60,858 nt of DNA, filler included, from Thelocarpon superellum (GCA_026025795.1; 2 parts of 2 records of this genome joined end to end with filler, not necessarily neighbours in it), one strand, 5' to 3'. Positions 22,645-35,696 are shown, numbered from the whole stretch's first letter. The notes: a model not told the origin generated them from the sequence alone. Numbers and translations: made by a program.

Positions 22645-25600
22645 AGAGTTGGCCAGGCTAGGAACTATGACTCTAGTGCGTCTCCGACGTGGAAATCATG
22701 GTCCGGCATTTCCAATGTTTGTAGTCGGTGTCTAGAACACTCCCATTCTATACCGCTCTCTTTGCACATCGAGGCCGTCCCTTCTAGGCTCTATGGGCCA
22801 AGTGCATGATCTGGTGTCTGGCTACGCGGCCTTGGCATCGTCCTTGTCGTCATGTGTCGTCCTGGCGTCGACCTCGTCATCGCCATCCAAAACTCGCATC
22901 AGATGTCCAAGGGCAATATTCGGATGGGCAAGTTACACCATCTCGGATTGGTGGTGATCAGCAGACGTCTCCGAACGCTTCGAATCCAGTCTATTGGCCG
23001 TGGCTGTGAGAGAGACTACGAGCAGGGCTTTCATTTTGCAAAATTAGGAATGCTCGTTGGGCGCTCTGATTTGTCGCTTAGGATACAACGTAGATCAGTT
23101 CCGGCGATTTCTCACAGCAGATAGACATCTCGACCAGTCGGTCCAGAGCGTAGCGAAGGCTACGACATTCGAGAGCTGAGAAAGGGTCCGTTGATGAGCT
23201 GGCTAGGAGGCAGACTGTCTTTCGTTGTAGCGAACATCTCACATGTCCTCGCCGACATTCCTTTGCATTAGGTCGCCCGCATGTCGCACCGCCAGGCCTA
23301 CCGATGGTTCACAGGCGAAGTCGGTTTTTACAGACGCGACAAGCAGTCATTATTGGCAACCTCGCTTGCTTCAGATCCAGCCTCAATCCTGCGCTCATGG
23401 TGTTGTGAGGCATAAGAAACGGCCCGCGATAAGACGGAGCTCGACCGCTGGAACGTTGCCAGTCCACGTCAGATCCGTTTTGGACCGTATGGGACTCTTA
23501 TGGTCGATAAAAGAGAGTACAGCGCACTGCGAGATGACCTCGAGTACACCATCTGGCGTATTGGATACATATGAAGGTATGGCCATCATGCACAAAGGCC
23601 CATGCAGCCATGCCGTGCATCTAAGACAGCCGATCTGGGACGGCGACGTCAATGCCGCTCGCGTCTCACGTGTTTTTTCCCGGGAACGACAGCGGCTTCC
23701 AGCGAAGTCCACGGAAGAGCGCGCGTCCGTTCGTTTCAATTAAATGGCGGCGTTGAGGACGCGCATGACGCCGATCGGACGCGACCGCAGATGAAGAAGT
23801 AACTGCGCAAGCACAATGACGCATGATCATAGCGGTTTGAAAAGGACTTATAGAGATCGCCGGATGTGCTCGCCAACCATGGCAGCTACGCCTTTCGTCG
23901 ATCATAAGCTAAGTGGACGAGCTGGACTTGAAACAGGACCCTACGCATAGACGACGTCACCTCTGAAACAAGGCCCTCGTCTTCTTAGGATCATGGTCAC
24001 GGTCAGCTCACTCAACCTGTTATTCCTCCGTAACTGTCAGTGATCGGCATGGAGGTTGCAGTCGAGAACAGGGAAAGCAACGGTGGCCACAGCTCTGGTC
24101 GATGTCGATTCCCTCTCCGCGCCCCGGAGGGACGTGGTGGATGGGATGGTGACGCGTACCGCCGGCAAGCCCCGGCCTTCCTACCCGCTTACGACCAGAA
24201 CCATTCGGTTCGGCGGGAATAGAAGACCGATTGCGATGAGAGATTTTTCGGAGATAGGGTAACTTCGCCTGTTTAGATCCCAGCAGCGCCCTTGGACGGC
24301 GGAAGCACGACGAGGAAGGTAATCGATCACCTCATCAAGTGGTCCCGAATCCTAAGTTCATGCGTCGCGGCGTCCAGACCACCGTGTGTCAAGGACTTGG
24401 CTGGGTGGCGTGGCCTGGAATGGCCGGTTCTGGCATAGGCAGGGGGCTCGCTTCGAAGTACCGGAGATCATAGCGAGCTGCACGGTCGCTCGAAGCGAGG
24501 CGTGATTGGCCGGGAGCCGTCCGGCAGGTCCGGGTGCTGCGCTGGCTAGCACAGGCTGCTGAGTGCTGCCACAGCATCGAAGCGTGGCTACCCTGTCGAG
24601 CCGCTGCCGAACGCCGCTGCTCCGGCGCACCGGAACCACTAAGGACGGCAAGGTGACATGAGAGGCGGCATGAGAAGGCCCCGTCTCGGCGAACCGCTTT
24701 CGGAGATGAACCGGCATCCCCATCGGCCGGTTGCATCCAGTCATCACGTCGACCACGCTCCGAGACGCCACAGCGAATCATGGAGATGAGGTGGATGGCG
24801 GCTGAGCCCAACCAGCCCAGGGTGGCCCTCGTGTGCCCTGGTGGCGTACACCCACGAACCAAGTGTGAGCTGGCAGCACAAGGCTGTGCTCCAGGAGAAC
24901 CCCCGCCCCCCACCGGTTTCGGCGAAGCCTCCACCGTGGCAGTAGCGGGGCATTATTGGCTGGCTGCAGATCTGTGATCGGCCCAAGAATCATGGAATTA
25001 TTACGCACGCTTCCGGGTCTGCGACGGCCTTCCGATCGCATGATTGGATCGTCACCCATCCCCCTCCAAATCCCTCGTGGTGTGCAGCCAAGAAGCCAGT
25101 GCCCCAGGGACAAAGTGGCCGGCGCCTGCGCACTGTGCACCGCGTTTGCTCCGCAATGGTCGCGACTTAACGCAATCTACACGCTGCCCGACACCACCAA
25201 CCCCAGCAGCCTCCAATGTCGCTGCCTCGTCCTAGCGCTCCTGCGCCCCGGCCAGCTGGGTCCATATGCCTCCACTTGGGTCACCGCCCATCCCACAACG
25301 CAAGACCCTTAAAGTGACGAGACCTGCCCGCATCGACGATTTTTCGTGAGCCTTCATCGGCCTGCTACGGCTCCAACTCTCCTCTTCCAGTTGGGTCCAG
25401 AGACGTCGGCCTACTGATCTCATCCCTTGATCTGGGCTAGACCCTCCGTCCGACCTGCCCCCCTCCATCTCAACGCTGACGCCGTTGCCTGGCTCGTCAC
25501 CGCTCCACCCATAAAACACCCTGTCGACTCGGTGGACCGTGACCCAACTGACTCATGCTTGTGTGCCGGGACTGCCTTACCGCTTGATTTGCATCGCCAC

Positions 25601-25984
25601 GCAAGACGGGCATATTCTGAAACAGCTTCTGGCAGTCCGCCTCTCGTCACCAGCAGTCCATCAAAATCACACCACCACGAGATATTTTTTGCACCCCGCA
25701 ACCAGTCTGAAACGAGATCAGCGTCCATCCGCGAACGTCCCATCCGTGTCCACGTACACCAAGGTCAGTGACATCAGCGCTGTCGCGATTAGCTCAATGA
25801 CGTCGACGTTGATTGAGAAGTCCAAGCTGATAAATCTTAGGCAGCTCGAGCTCGATGGGAGGTCTTTAAGCCATCTTTGCCGCCGCAGGCATCCTCGGAA
25901 CACCGGTCCGGCCCTTGAAATACTCCGCATTCGTCCGGAACCATTGTAACCTGCCTAATCTAATTTCCTCCGACCCACCTCACA

Positions 25985-27955
25985 ATGGAGTGCTTCACCC
26001 TCACAACGTTCATGATGTGAGTGGCATCTTCTCGTGTGGCCCTGGCTGGCTAATGCTGACGGGACATCAGTCAAACCTCCTCCCAGACGAGATCCGTCCA
26101 CCTTCGAGGATCCTGGGACAACTTTCGGAAGTTGTATCCCATGGACAAGGACACTCGCAAGGGTGCCGGTCATTGGCGAGGATGTCATAAGTTCGAGAAC
26201 ATCGTCTGCGATGGAGATCCATGTGCCCTGGCCAAGACCCGAGACGGAGGTCTCAGGATGGGAGGGAAATACTGGTATTACGTGAGTACTGTGTCCATCT
26301 CATCAGGGACAAGCCCTGACCGCTTCGCTCAGTATGAGCTGGATGGCGACGTGGAATGCCACAATCCGCACGAGCCATCGACGAGCGCTTGCCCGGTCCT
26401 TCCTGGGCAGATCGTGAACGTACTCGAGATCCCCTTTGAGATCGGCTCAGAAAGCCCGAGGGACCGCAGCGGTTCGGTCAACTTCCTGGCCTCGATTGAA
26501 CCAGTGGAGCGGACCATGGATCCCGCGGACAAATACATCAGCCCCCGGCCTGCACCGACGCCACGACCCCCGCGTCTGGCTACATCGCCCACTGCGCTCC
26601 GCCATTCTCGGAGTCAGTCTCTGTCCCCCACCACCTGCTCTTCCATCGGCTCGGGCCGCAGCTCGCCCGGTGGGAGTGGCTCCAGCGGTCTCGGCCGCTT
26701 CCTCCCGTTTGCGCGGAAGCCATCCCAAGGAGAGACGACGATCGGTGCAAGCGTGGGCCCCTCCAACGTGGTGTCCTCACTACGTGATGCGCTGTCACAC
26801 CTTACTCGACCTGGCTCTACCCATACCCATGTGGATGAAGTGCGAGGTCGCAGGCGAAGTGACAACAGCGAGAGGGCTCTCGACATCAGCTCTCCATCCC
26901 TGATTAGCCGGACTGATGTAGGTCGGCGATGCATTCCTCTAGCGGCCATGCAGTCGACCCCGATGCCATCGAGTGTGTCGCCGGTCACCTCTCGGGCATC
27001 GTCGGCTCGTCATCACATTGTGGAGCCAGATGAGTTGATCTTTGGGCAAGACGACATACCGCGTCGTGAGCTCGATGCTGCTGCCGAACCCTGGCTCTCG
27101 CCGGAGAACGACGAGCTCGTGCTGCACACACGTCACATTCTCACAGCGCCCTTACGAGATCCTTCTCTCCAAAGGGTGCAGCCACTTGCTGCCTCGGCGT
27201 TCGATTTTGACGGACCTGAGGAAGACGATGAGGACGACGAATTCCAGCCTCGTCTAGATGAATTCACGCTGGACGAAAACGCTCCCGTGCAGGGACTTTC
27301 TCCTCCACCATCGCGACACTCGCAGACAATGGGCTCGACACCATCACCGGAAAGAGAAGCGATGGTGGTAGTTACCCGCTCCACCGACGAAGAGCCCGAA
27401 CATCTCACTCAAAGCCGCTTTTCCATGTACAGCACCACCACAGCTTCGCTCTCTCCCCGGTCAGATGTATTCCGTTCCTATCCAGCCTCGCCATCCATGA
27501 GCTCCACCACGGACAGCACGTGGACCACGCGATCTCCTCATCTCCTGTCCGCCGACGCTGGGCTGTCGTTGGACGCCGCCAACATCGAGACTCTGGCCAC
27601 GAGCAATCACGCCGTGTCAAAAGATGAGCTTGATTGCCACACCCGAACCGTCTCGGACGGCGGCACTACTCCCTTCCCATCCTTCGACTTTATGACCGGC
27701 GACTCCGACATTCTGGGGTCTGCCCTCCATCCCTCAGGCTTCCAGGGGTACAGTCTGCCCGAAGAAGAAACCGCTTCAGCCCCTACTGTGCGTAAGGAGG
27801 TCACAACCCGCTTCGTGCAAACCGGACCAGGGGCGACGTACGCGGGGGATCAGAGTGGCGTCAGCTTGACGTCTCCCATGGCTTCGCGGTTGAGCATGCT
27901 GCCTGACTTCTTCGACGACCTGAGTTATCTGGGCGACCTAATCACCCAGAAGTGA
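25985..27955 (+). CDS. Conserved fungal protein with N-terminal AMPK-beta/CBM48-like beta-sandwich and long disordered tail (introns 26017-26070, 26282-26332)
   Basis: Spliced N-terminus MECFTLTTFMIQTSSQTRSVHLRGSWDNF...GGLRMGGKYWYYYELDG...CPVLPGQIVNVLEIP; C-terminal DDLSYLGDLI. Confidence 0.8.
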
Positions 27956-28901
27956 CCGTTCCATCTACTCGACATTTTCCCAAGCGGCATCATATATGTG
28001 GCGTTGGTTTGACTTTGATACCCCGCAACGAATATACGGAGATGCCATGATAGCTTAGCTCTGTCCACGCACTTTCCTGCGGACTTGGCCACACGATCAA
28101 ATTAATCTACTTTCAGAGTGCCTTCTTTGCGAAGTAGTCAATAGTGCCACATGCAGCACCGTAAAGGCCTCTGAGACGGCCCGGAAGGCCTCGGCATCTA
28201 GTGCAATAAGAGTCCAATACTACGATATGATGGGGCGGGCGAGGGGGATGGGCGAATGAGCGGATGGGCGGATTGTCCTTCGTTGTTGACGAGTTGCCAA
28301 TTTCTCGAATTCCCATAGGTTCAAGTTGGGCGACTTCAGCTCAATCTGCTAAGCTGCGCTCGTGACTCGCTAGATTTCCACGGTGAGAGGGCCCCCCACG
28401 CATCCAATGCCTGGTCGAGCTGATTAAGCACGTCATGGCCAAGTCATGTTCCATTTCGAGTCATCCGGCCGTGGCAACGGTGAATCATATGCGCAGGCAA
28501 CGCTGTTGTGACGGTTGCTTCTAGATTCCAATCTTTTGAAAGTTCTCTTCGACTCTGGGCAAGTCTTCAACAGACATGCGATGTTTTCATAGAGTACTCC
28601 CATATCTTTGACGGCGTCCTTCGGAGGTTCCTTCGGAGGACAACCCCCTCCATCTATGTCAAAGAGGAGGATGAACGTGTCGACGTTGCGCAAGATCTCC
28701 TTACTTTGACACATTCTCTTCCTTGTTGTCCGTCCTGATTGCCTTGTCGTTCTGCGCCATTATACTTTCTTCTCCTCGACCTTGTGCTCTCATCCCGTTC
28801 CCGTCTTTTGCCACCCACTATCCGTTTCGAGACCGTCTTTGCAAGCCGACGGCCACAAGAGCAACGTGAGCAACGAGATCACCAAGGGTGAAAAGAGCGG
28901 T

Positions 28902-29912
28902 ATGGAGGACTCGGACATCCCAACCATCCACTCTCCAGACACCTTAACAACTCCCACCAGGGGGAGGCCGACGTTCATGAGCCTACCAACGGAGCTTCAC
29001 CTCCAAATATCATCGTATCTCCCCTACCCCGACCTTCTACAACTGCAACGCACATCGCACTATTTCCAGGCGACGACGCGGTCAGGGCCGGTACCTTTTG
29101 CGCGGCCGGAAGACACGGACGCGAAAGACACAGGCGCACACGGTCTCGCGCTCTTTCACCAACTCGCCCTGAGCGATGGCGAAGGCGGGCGATGCAGATA
29201 CGAAGACCACTGCCGCAACTGCGAGGTGGAATTCAGCTGGGCCGAGCGAGTTGCGGCGATAGTGGGGGACGATGGGAGGTATGAGAGAAATGCAGCGCAC
29301 GCGACGAAAGCCGGCATGTTTGGCGTTCCGAGGGACAGAGGATGCAACTTCGTCCCTTTGAGCAGCGACCTCGTCCAAGAGCCCGCACGCGGCGGTGGAG
29401 AAGACGAGAGGAGCGGAGGGACCAGGAGCCAGCCGGACGGACGAGCCCAGCAACAGCGCAGGAAGCACACTACCGGCCCGCACGGACCGCGAACGAACCG
29501 GCGGAAGCCGAGACAGGACCAGGCCGTCCCGGGCGACGTGAAGCGTCGAATCGAAAATGCGGGCCCCTTGGGCGCTAGAAACCAAGGATACACGACCCCC
29601 CTAAAGCCACCTCGTCGCTCTCTGACTAAAAGCGTCCAAGGCGGAAAGGGCGTCGACGAGAGCCGCCGGAGTCAGCGCCCCGTGGATGAGCCGCAGGCCC
29701 AGGCCCAGCCCCACAGTGCCCATCCTGGCACACGACGACATTCAGGAGACCAGCGCAAAGCACAAGGCGCCAACGCAGCACAGGGATCCGGCACCGGCGA
29801 GAACCCTCCACATCCACATCCACATCCACATCCACATCCGCATCCGCATGCTCGACCTCGGAGACCGCGCAAGCAAGGAAGAGGCGTGAAACCCATCTTC
29901 AGCGGAGATTAA
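28902..29912 (+). CDS. F-box domain protein
   Basis: FMSLPTELHLQISSYLPYPDLLQLQRTSHYF matches the F-box consensus; Cys cluster, then basic low-complexity tail with (PH)n. Confidence 0.8.
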   Translation: MEDSDIPTIHSPDTLTTPTRGRPTFMSLPTELHLQISSYLPYPDLLQLQRTSHYFQATTRSGPVPFARPEDTDAKDTGAHGLALFHQLALSDGEGGRCRYEDHCRNCEVEFSWAERVAAIVGDDGRYERNAAHATKAGMFGVPRDRGCNFVPLSSDLVQEPARGGGEDERSGGTRSQPDGRAQQQRRKHTTGPHGPRTNRRKPRQDQAVPGDVKRRIENAGPLGARNQGYTTPLKPPRRSLTKSVQGGKGVDESRRSQRPVDEPQAQAQPHSAHPGTRRHSGDQRKAQGANAAQGSGTGENPPHPHPHPHPHPHPHARPRRPRKQGRGVKPIFSGD

Positions 29913-30073
29913 ATGGTCATAAAAATCCCTTCTGACGCTTCTTCGGGTAGACGTATACGGGCTTCAAAACGTCTTTGTACCCGTGCCTGGATTGCATATT
30001 CCAAATATCCGATCCGATTTTATAACACTCTGTACATACATGCATGTGGAGAAAGAAAGTGCGGAGAGTCAAA

Positions 30074-30441
30074 TCACAAATTAGCCTGGACCACACCAGG
30101 CGTAGTGGCACTCTGACTTGACTTGTCGCGTCTCAAGTCGCGCGCAATCCCACGACTGTTCCAGTCGCTGATGGCCATGTTGGTGATCATCGGGTTGACA
30201 CCCGAGGCGCTAGGAAAGACCGAGGCATCGGCGACGTAGAGGTTCTGCGTCCCCCAGACCTGCCCGCGCGGATTGACGACCGAGTCGCGCGCCGACGTGC
30301 CCATACGACACGTACCCATCTGGTGGGCGGTTGCAAACGAGGCCTCGGGAACCGCGAGCCCCGTGGCGCGGACCTTGTCCAGCCAGGCCTGGAAGGCCGG
30401 GTCGTTGATGCCTGCGTCTTCGGCATGAAGGTCATCCAACG
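30074..30441 (-). CDS. Long-chain fatty alcohol oxidase (GMC oxidoreductase), 3' fragment truncated by the contig end
   Basis: TAHQMGTCRMG, VVNPRGQVWGTQNLYVADASVFPSASGVNPMIT are GMC C-terminal motifs of the FAO subfamily. Confidence 0.92.
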
Positions 30442-30541
30442 NNNNNNNNNNNNNNNNNNNNNNNNNNNNNNNNNNNNNNNNNNNNTTAATTAATTAANNN
30501 NNNNNNNNNNNNNNNNNNNNNNNNNNNNNNNNNNNNNNNNN
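30442..30541. other. Artificial contig-joining spacer (N44-TTAATTAATTAA-N44)
   Basis: Exactly 100 nt, symmetric; central 12-mer (30486-30497) puts stop codons in all six frames. Confidence 0.97.
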
Positions 30542-30569
30542 GAAGAAGTGAAGAAGTGACGTGAGAGAC

Positions 30570-32393
30570 TCAGTACTTCCCCGGCTCGCCTGACACGCCG
30601 CTCGTCGCCGTCGAGCCCTTTCCTGCCGACGCAACCGCAAGCTGTGCCGCCACCTGCGCCGGATCGCCTCCTGTTTCTCTCTCCTTTTCCTTCTCCTCGC
30701 TTGGCGCCCCTGCCGCCGGTGTTGCCGTTGCCGACGTGGGCATGGGTGCGTTCTTCTCGACGGGCGTAAAGTGCACCTTCTCGGCGGGCGTTGCGTAAGC
30801 CTTCTCCCCCGTAGTCGGACTCGCCGTCGTCGGTTCTCCCGTGATCCCCTGGGTTTGCACCGACGGCTTGGTCGGTGGAGGCGAGGCGTCCGTGCCGCTG
30901 GTATTCTGGCGCTGGACGACAGGACTGGAGGCGCTAGAGCCAGAGCCGGAGCCAGAGCCGGACCCGGTGGTCTTGGTGCTCCCCGTCGTCGATCCACCCG
31001 ACACGGATCGAATCACCTGCCACCATCGCTCGGCGTCCTGCGGCGAGGACGCCTTGAATGACAATTCGTGCGTCGTGGACATCTTGATGCCGATTTTCCC
31101 CTTGGACGCGTCTTTGCCCTTCACCGTGAAGATGGATCCGTCCAAAGATCCCACCGTGCAGTCTGGCAGGTGTAGCGATAACTCGGGCGTTGGGTCTTTC
31201 TTGAAGTTGTCCGTGTCCTTGTACTCGTGTAGATATCTGGCCTTGGTCACGACGTAGTACCCGCTGCTGTAGCTCTTCATCAGCATCCGGCTCTTGCGCT
31301 CCAACGTGCCCTCGATCAGCGGCTGCGTGGCCGCGTGGTTCTGGTGCGCGAAGCTGACGTTGCCCACGTCGCGCGGTGGCATGTTCGGATCCATCAGGCT
31401 ACTGCCGCTGCGACTGACGAAGCGCGTCCACTCGAAGTCGAGCGGCACGTGCTGCGTCGTGCTGAGCATGTCACCGTACATGCTCTTGGTCCGGTCGGCT
31501 TGGCCGCCGGCGAATTGCACAAAGGTCGTCATGGCCTGCTGCATCACCTGCACCACGTGCGCCTCGAACTCCCGGAAGCTGTCCTGCGCTGCCAGCATCT
31601 CCTGCCGGTTGCTATTCTCCTCGATGATCTGCTTGTTCAGGCGGTAGTAGATGCCGCGGTGGATGACATAGGGATCCGTCATCGGGTCGACTTTGTCCGA
31701 CCCACTGCCAGCGCTCGGGTCGACCTTCTCTTTGAGGAGATCGAGATAGGTCTGCGTGTTGACGCGTGCCTTGGTCACGGCCTTGAAGCCTTTGGCCGCC
31801 CCGCTGTTCAGCTCCTTGTCTCTAGATTTGAGCTCATCCTGCAGCCGATGGACGATGGGGAGCACCGAGACTCGAATGTTCTTCTCCGTTTCCGTGTGCG
31901 TGTTGGCGATGCCCTATCGGTTTCATCCAAACACGTCAACCCTTGAAGCTTGCCGACAGCGAGAGAGAAGAGGTGTGAAGAGCGGCGATGTAGAGACACA
32001 CACCTGCGTGTTGAGCTTGATATTCTCAAACATCCCACCGATGCCGCCCAAGCTCTGGTCGAAATGATGGCCCTCACGCAACGGCTCTTGGATGGTCTTG
32101 GCTACTTTTTCGTACTCCTTGGCCTGGCCCTTGTGCATCTTTTCCGTGGCGGCCATGTAGGTCTCGAGAAAGCTGACGGCATGGCGCCATGCTCGCACTC
32201 GCTCCGTGAGTACACTGGAGGTCTGATGGGAGACGCATTAGCTTGTCAGGTTCCCGGGAGCTGTATGGCTTGTTATGTGGTTATGATGCGGGGGTCTATC
32301 TGGCCCACTTACGTCACTGGGATCATCCTCCGTCCCGCTCCCGCCCTCCGTGTTCGAGCGAGGAGGGGGTCCTCGGTGTGGTATGTGCGACAT
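30570..32393 (-). CDS. BAR-like plus PH domain protein, Slm1-like (exons 32393-32313, 32222-32004, 31913-30570)
   Basis: Helical N-terminal part (ERVRAWRHAV, DPYVIHRG); PH domain LIEGTLERKS...YYVVTKARYLHEYK...PELSLHLPDC...AERWWQVI. Confidence 0.88.
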
Positions 32394-33031
32394 GATGGAA
32401 GAAGTTGTGGGCGATACTAGTCACTTGTAGGGAATGAGGCGGAGAAGGATGGTAACGGTGGATTTCGTAGGATGCAGCAGGTCGAGCAGGTTGAGGATGT
32501 AAACAGTGGGGTTATGGAGGGACTAACGCTGGCTATCGTGAGGGGACGAATCGTGAGGAACTGGCTCGCTTGTCCGTGTACCTTTGGACCCTTGCCGCGC
32601 TTATCACTGCCAGGTCCAGCTGCGAGTCTCGCACTAGCGCCGTGGCGGTTATCACCTGTGGTCCCTGCCCTACGTCATAGCCCCGCGGGTCACGGGTCCA
32701 GATGTTGACACGATAAGTTGATCCATGCAAAGCTGAACGTGAGTTGTGCTTCATACCATCATCAACCCCGTCAAGGGAGACGACAGTTGTGGTCCCAGGC
32801 AGTCTATCTAATCTATGGAGTCGGTCCGATGTCAAAGCGCGAATGACATGCGCTTGACAACCCAAAAAGTATACCGCTGCACACAATAACCCACCAATGA
32901 ATGTCCGATGGGCTCCATCAACACCATGCCAACCGACCGATAGCGCCACCAAACAAGCGCTCATTCTTCAAAGTAGACCAGAGGATACTCTCGTCCAGGT
33001 CGAGCAAGCGTAGAACGCCCCCCCGAGTGTT

Positions 33032-35010
33032 CTACACCGATCGCCGAGGCCCAATCTGCATCGCCGTCTCGTAGTCTGGAGGATCGGGGTCGCTCGGCGA
33101 CGCTCCTAGCGGCGTGACCGAGGGCGTAACGGGTGGCGTAACTGACGGTCCAGCTGGCGGCTCGGCGGACGGCCCGGCCGGAGCTCCGACCACGGTGTTG
33201 TAGCTGGGTAGTTTGAACAGATATGCAGCCGAGTGATGCGAGTGATTGGACTCTGGCGAGTCGGCGTGTCCTGCCCGGCTACGCGCGAAATCCGTAGGAT
33301 GCGGATGACTGACCAGCTGGTCCAGGGGCAACACATGCTCGTCCGATGGGGTTGCCGGGCCACTCGCTGCCGGAGTAGCCACGCCACTCGCCGACGACGA
33401 GCCCTCGGCCGCATCGTCCATGGGTGTCATTGCCAGGCCACTCGGGTCCCGCGGCCGCGCAAGCGCCACATTGGCGAGACGTTCCTGAAGCGTTTGCGGC
33501 GAGATCCGTCGGTCGCCGCGCTGGCCCGGGCTCGGCGGCCCGAGATTCTCGGCCGACGCCCTGCGACTCAACGCCCTTGGCGTCGTCGACCGACTGAAGG
33601 GGCCTGCTGGGGTGTTGTATCCGGCAAGGTCTATCTCGCTCCAGAGCCGATCCTCTCGATGCTGGCCATAGCTGGGCGGGACCCCAACCAGCTCCTCCGC
33701 CGTCACATCGTGCGACATCACCGGCACATGATTGGTGATTTGATTCTCCTCGTTGAAGATCAGGTGAGGGGGAATGACTATCACAAACGGCAGCCGAGCG
33801 CGAATCTGAGACGGCAGGTCAGTCGTGCAGCTGGCGGGCCGGAAGGGAACACGTACGACCGACGCGGTGCCATCAGCATTGATGATGGGGACGATGATGA
33901 ACAGGTCGTGCTTGATCTCGATGCCCATGATGTCGACGTCTTGCATGCAATCCACCAGTGACGCTGGAAGCGGAATGCATCGCGTGATGCGCCATCCTTC
34001 CTCGCCGCGCTCCGTCTGGCTCTCCAGCTCTTCCTCTAGGTTGAACTCAAGCCGCCCAATTTCACGCTCCGTCACCCGCGCCTTGGCCGTTAGCGATAAC
34101 GTACGCTTTTCCACTACCCACGTTTTCATGAGACCGAAGGCGATGTCTTTGGCTTGCGGCATCAGAAGGATCGAGAACTGTACCGGACCCCCGAGCGGTA
34201 CCGTCCGGCTCGCCAGGCTGATGTTGTAATTCATCGTGTTTGGCCAGTCACGCTCGACGAACTGGATCCGTCAGTCTGCCATCGGTCGCCAGGGGTGGAG
34301 CGCGCCTACCGATGTCTGCGTCGCATCCACGTCTCCGGCCTCAAACGTGCGCACGACCCGCACATGCTTCCGGGCCACGATTTTGCTTGCCAGACGACTG
34401 CGCTCCACCGTCGCCTTGAATCGGTATACGATCCACGCGTCGTCCCAGCCCTCCACTGACTCAGCCGTGGCACCCGGGAAGATATGCTCAAAGGGATAGA
34501 CGTAGGTCCCCGCCGGCAGCGTCTCGGTATTCCCCTGCGATGGCTCGGCAAAATTCCAGGTGCGCCCATAACAGCGCCGCTCAGCTTTGATTCGTCGTGT
34601 CCATCCCATCTTATCCGGGCCCACTCCCACGGGCCATCTGCGATCGTGGTTAGCCATAATCGACGTCGCCGTCATTTCCATCCAGACGACCTACGAGATC
34701 TTGCACGTCCCGATCAGGGTCAGCACGATGCGTTTGAGGGTCAAGGGCGCGCTGAGATGGAGCTGGACGTGGCCCTTCAAGGCCACGCTCGCAGCCTCGC
34801 TCGGACGTCCGCGTAGGATGACCATATCCCGGTCGAGGCTACCCCTCGCCACGGCCCATTAGCGGCGTCACTCCACGTAAGATAGAGCGATGATGTAGAA
34901 GTGGGAAGCACCACGCGTGGTAGCACTGCGCCGACAAGGCCATACCTGATAGATAGATTAGCCGCCATGTTGGAACCGCTTCCCAGCCGCGGCAAAGTGA
35001 TGCCCTCCAT
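33032..35010 (-). CDS. creD: Alpha-arrestin, CreD/Rod1-like Rsp5 adaptor (5 exons)
   Basis: Arrestin N/C blocks (LPAGTYVYPFE, ESVEG, IVYRFKATVER, VERDWPN, CMQDVDIMGIEIKHDL); PY motifs PPSY, LPSY, PPDY; start 35010 or 34968. Confidence 0.82.
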
Positions 35011-35490
35011 CTCCGGGTCCAAGCCTCTGCGAGATTCGATTGATTATGCTGGGCCGTGGAGAGCGGAGCGTGGAGGCCGCTGTGCCCAGCCTGGGCGGGA
35101 GCGCCGGTGGCGAGGTGAGAGTGGTGCTGGCTCTTGCTGAGCGTGAAGGTGACGCAGAGGGAAAAAAAAGAGCGAAAGGCAATAGCAAAGCATTGACCGC
35201 GTAGAGGTCTGATGATTGCGACGTTGTTGCAGGCGAGAAAGTCAACATCCGACCGGCCACAATCATGACTACCCTATCCGGGCCGACCGTGGGGCACGGC
35301 GCGCTGTCGAGGCAGGCACGACTGAGGAAGTTCCACCGTGAGATCCACCGTGATATCGTCACCCGTTTCTGCTTCGTCGCCGCTATGGCCGACGTGAGGT
35401 GTGCGAGATGCCATGAGGTGTGGTACCTCACCCGTTACTGGTGGCTTTCTGTCTGATGAGTCCTCCATGGGTGCGGCTGCCGTGGCCGCG

Positions 35491-35696
35491 GTACGGGTAC
35501 TCGTACTCGTACTCGTACACGTCCTCATGCAAATCCCCTCTTGCACCTTCGGGGCAGAGGAGCCGGGTACTCGAGCCCACCAGGTGAGTGCCACTTGCGC
35601 CAGCGGGGGAATAATGCCCGGCAGTTGAAGATGGTAGTTGAGATTGGACTCCGCATGCGATCGAGGGTTCAGCGAGGGTTCAGCAAGGGTTCTGCA
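35491..35696. repeat. Short tandem repeats upstream of the arrestin: (GTACTC)n at 35491-35520 and 11-mer AGGGTTCWGCR x3 at 35664-35696
   Basis: Read directly from the sequence. Confidence 0.75.

Noticed and set aside
28433..28760. Short minus-strand ORF(s) divergent from the F-box gene
   Set aside because: No recognisable motif and no convincing spliced model.
30486..30497. Palindromic TTAATTAATTAA as a transposon target or regulatory site
   Set aside because: Embedded symmetrically in Ns; an assembly linker.
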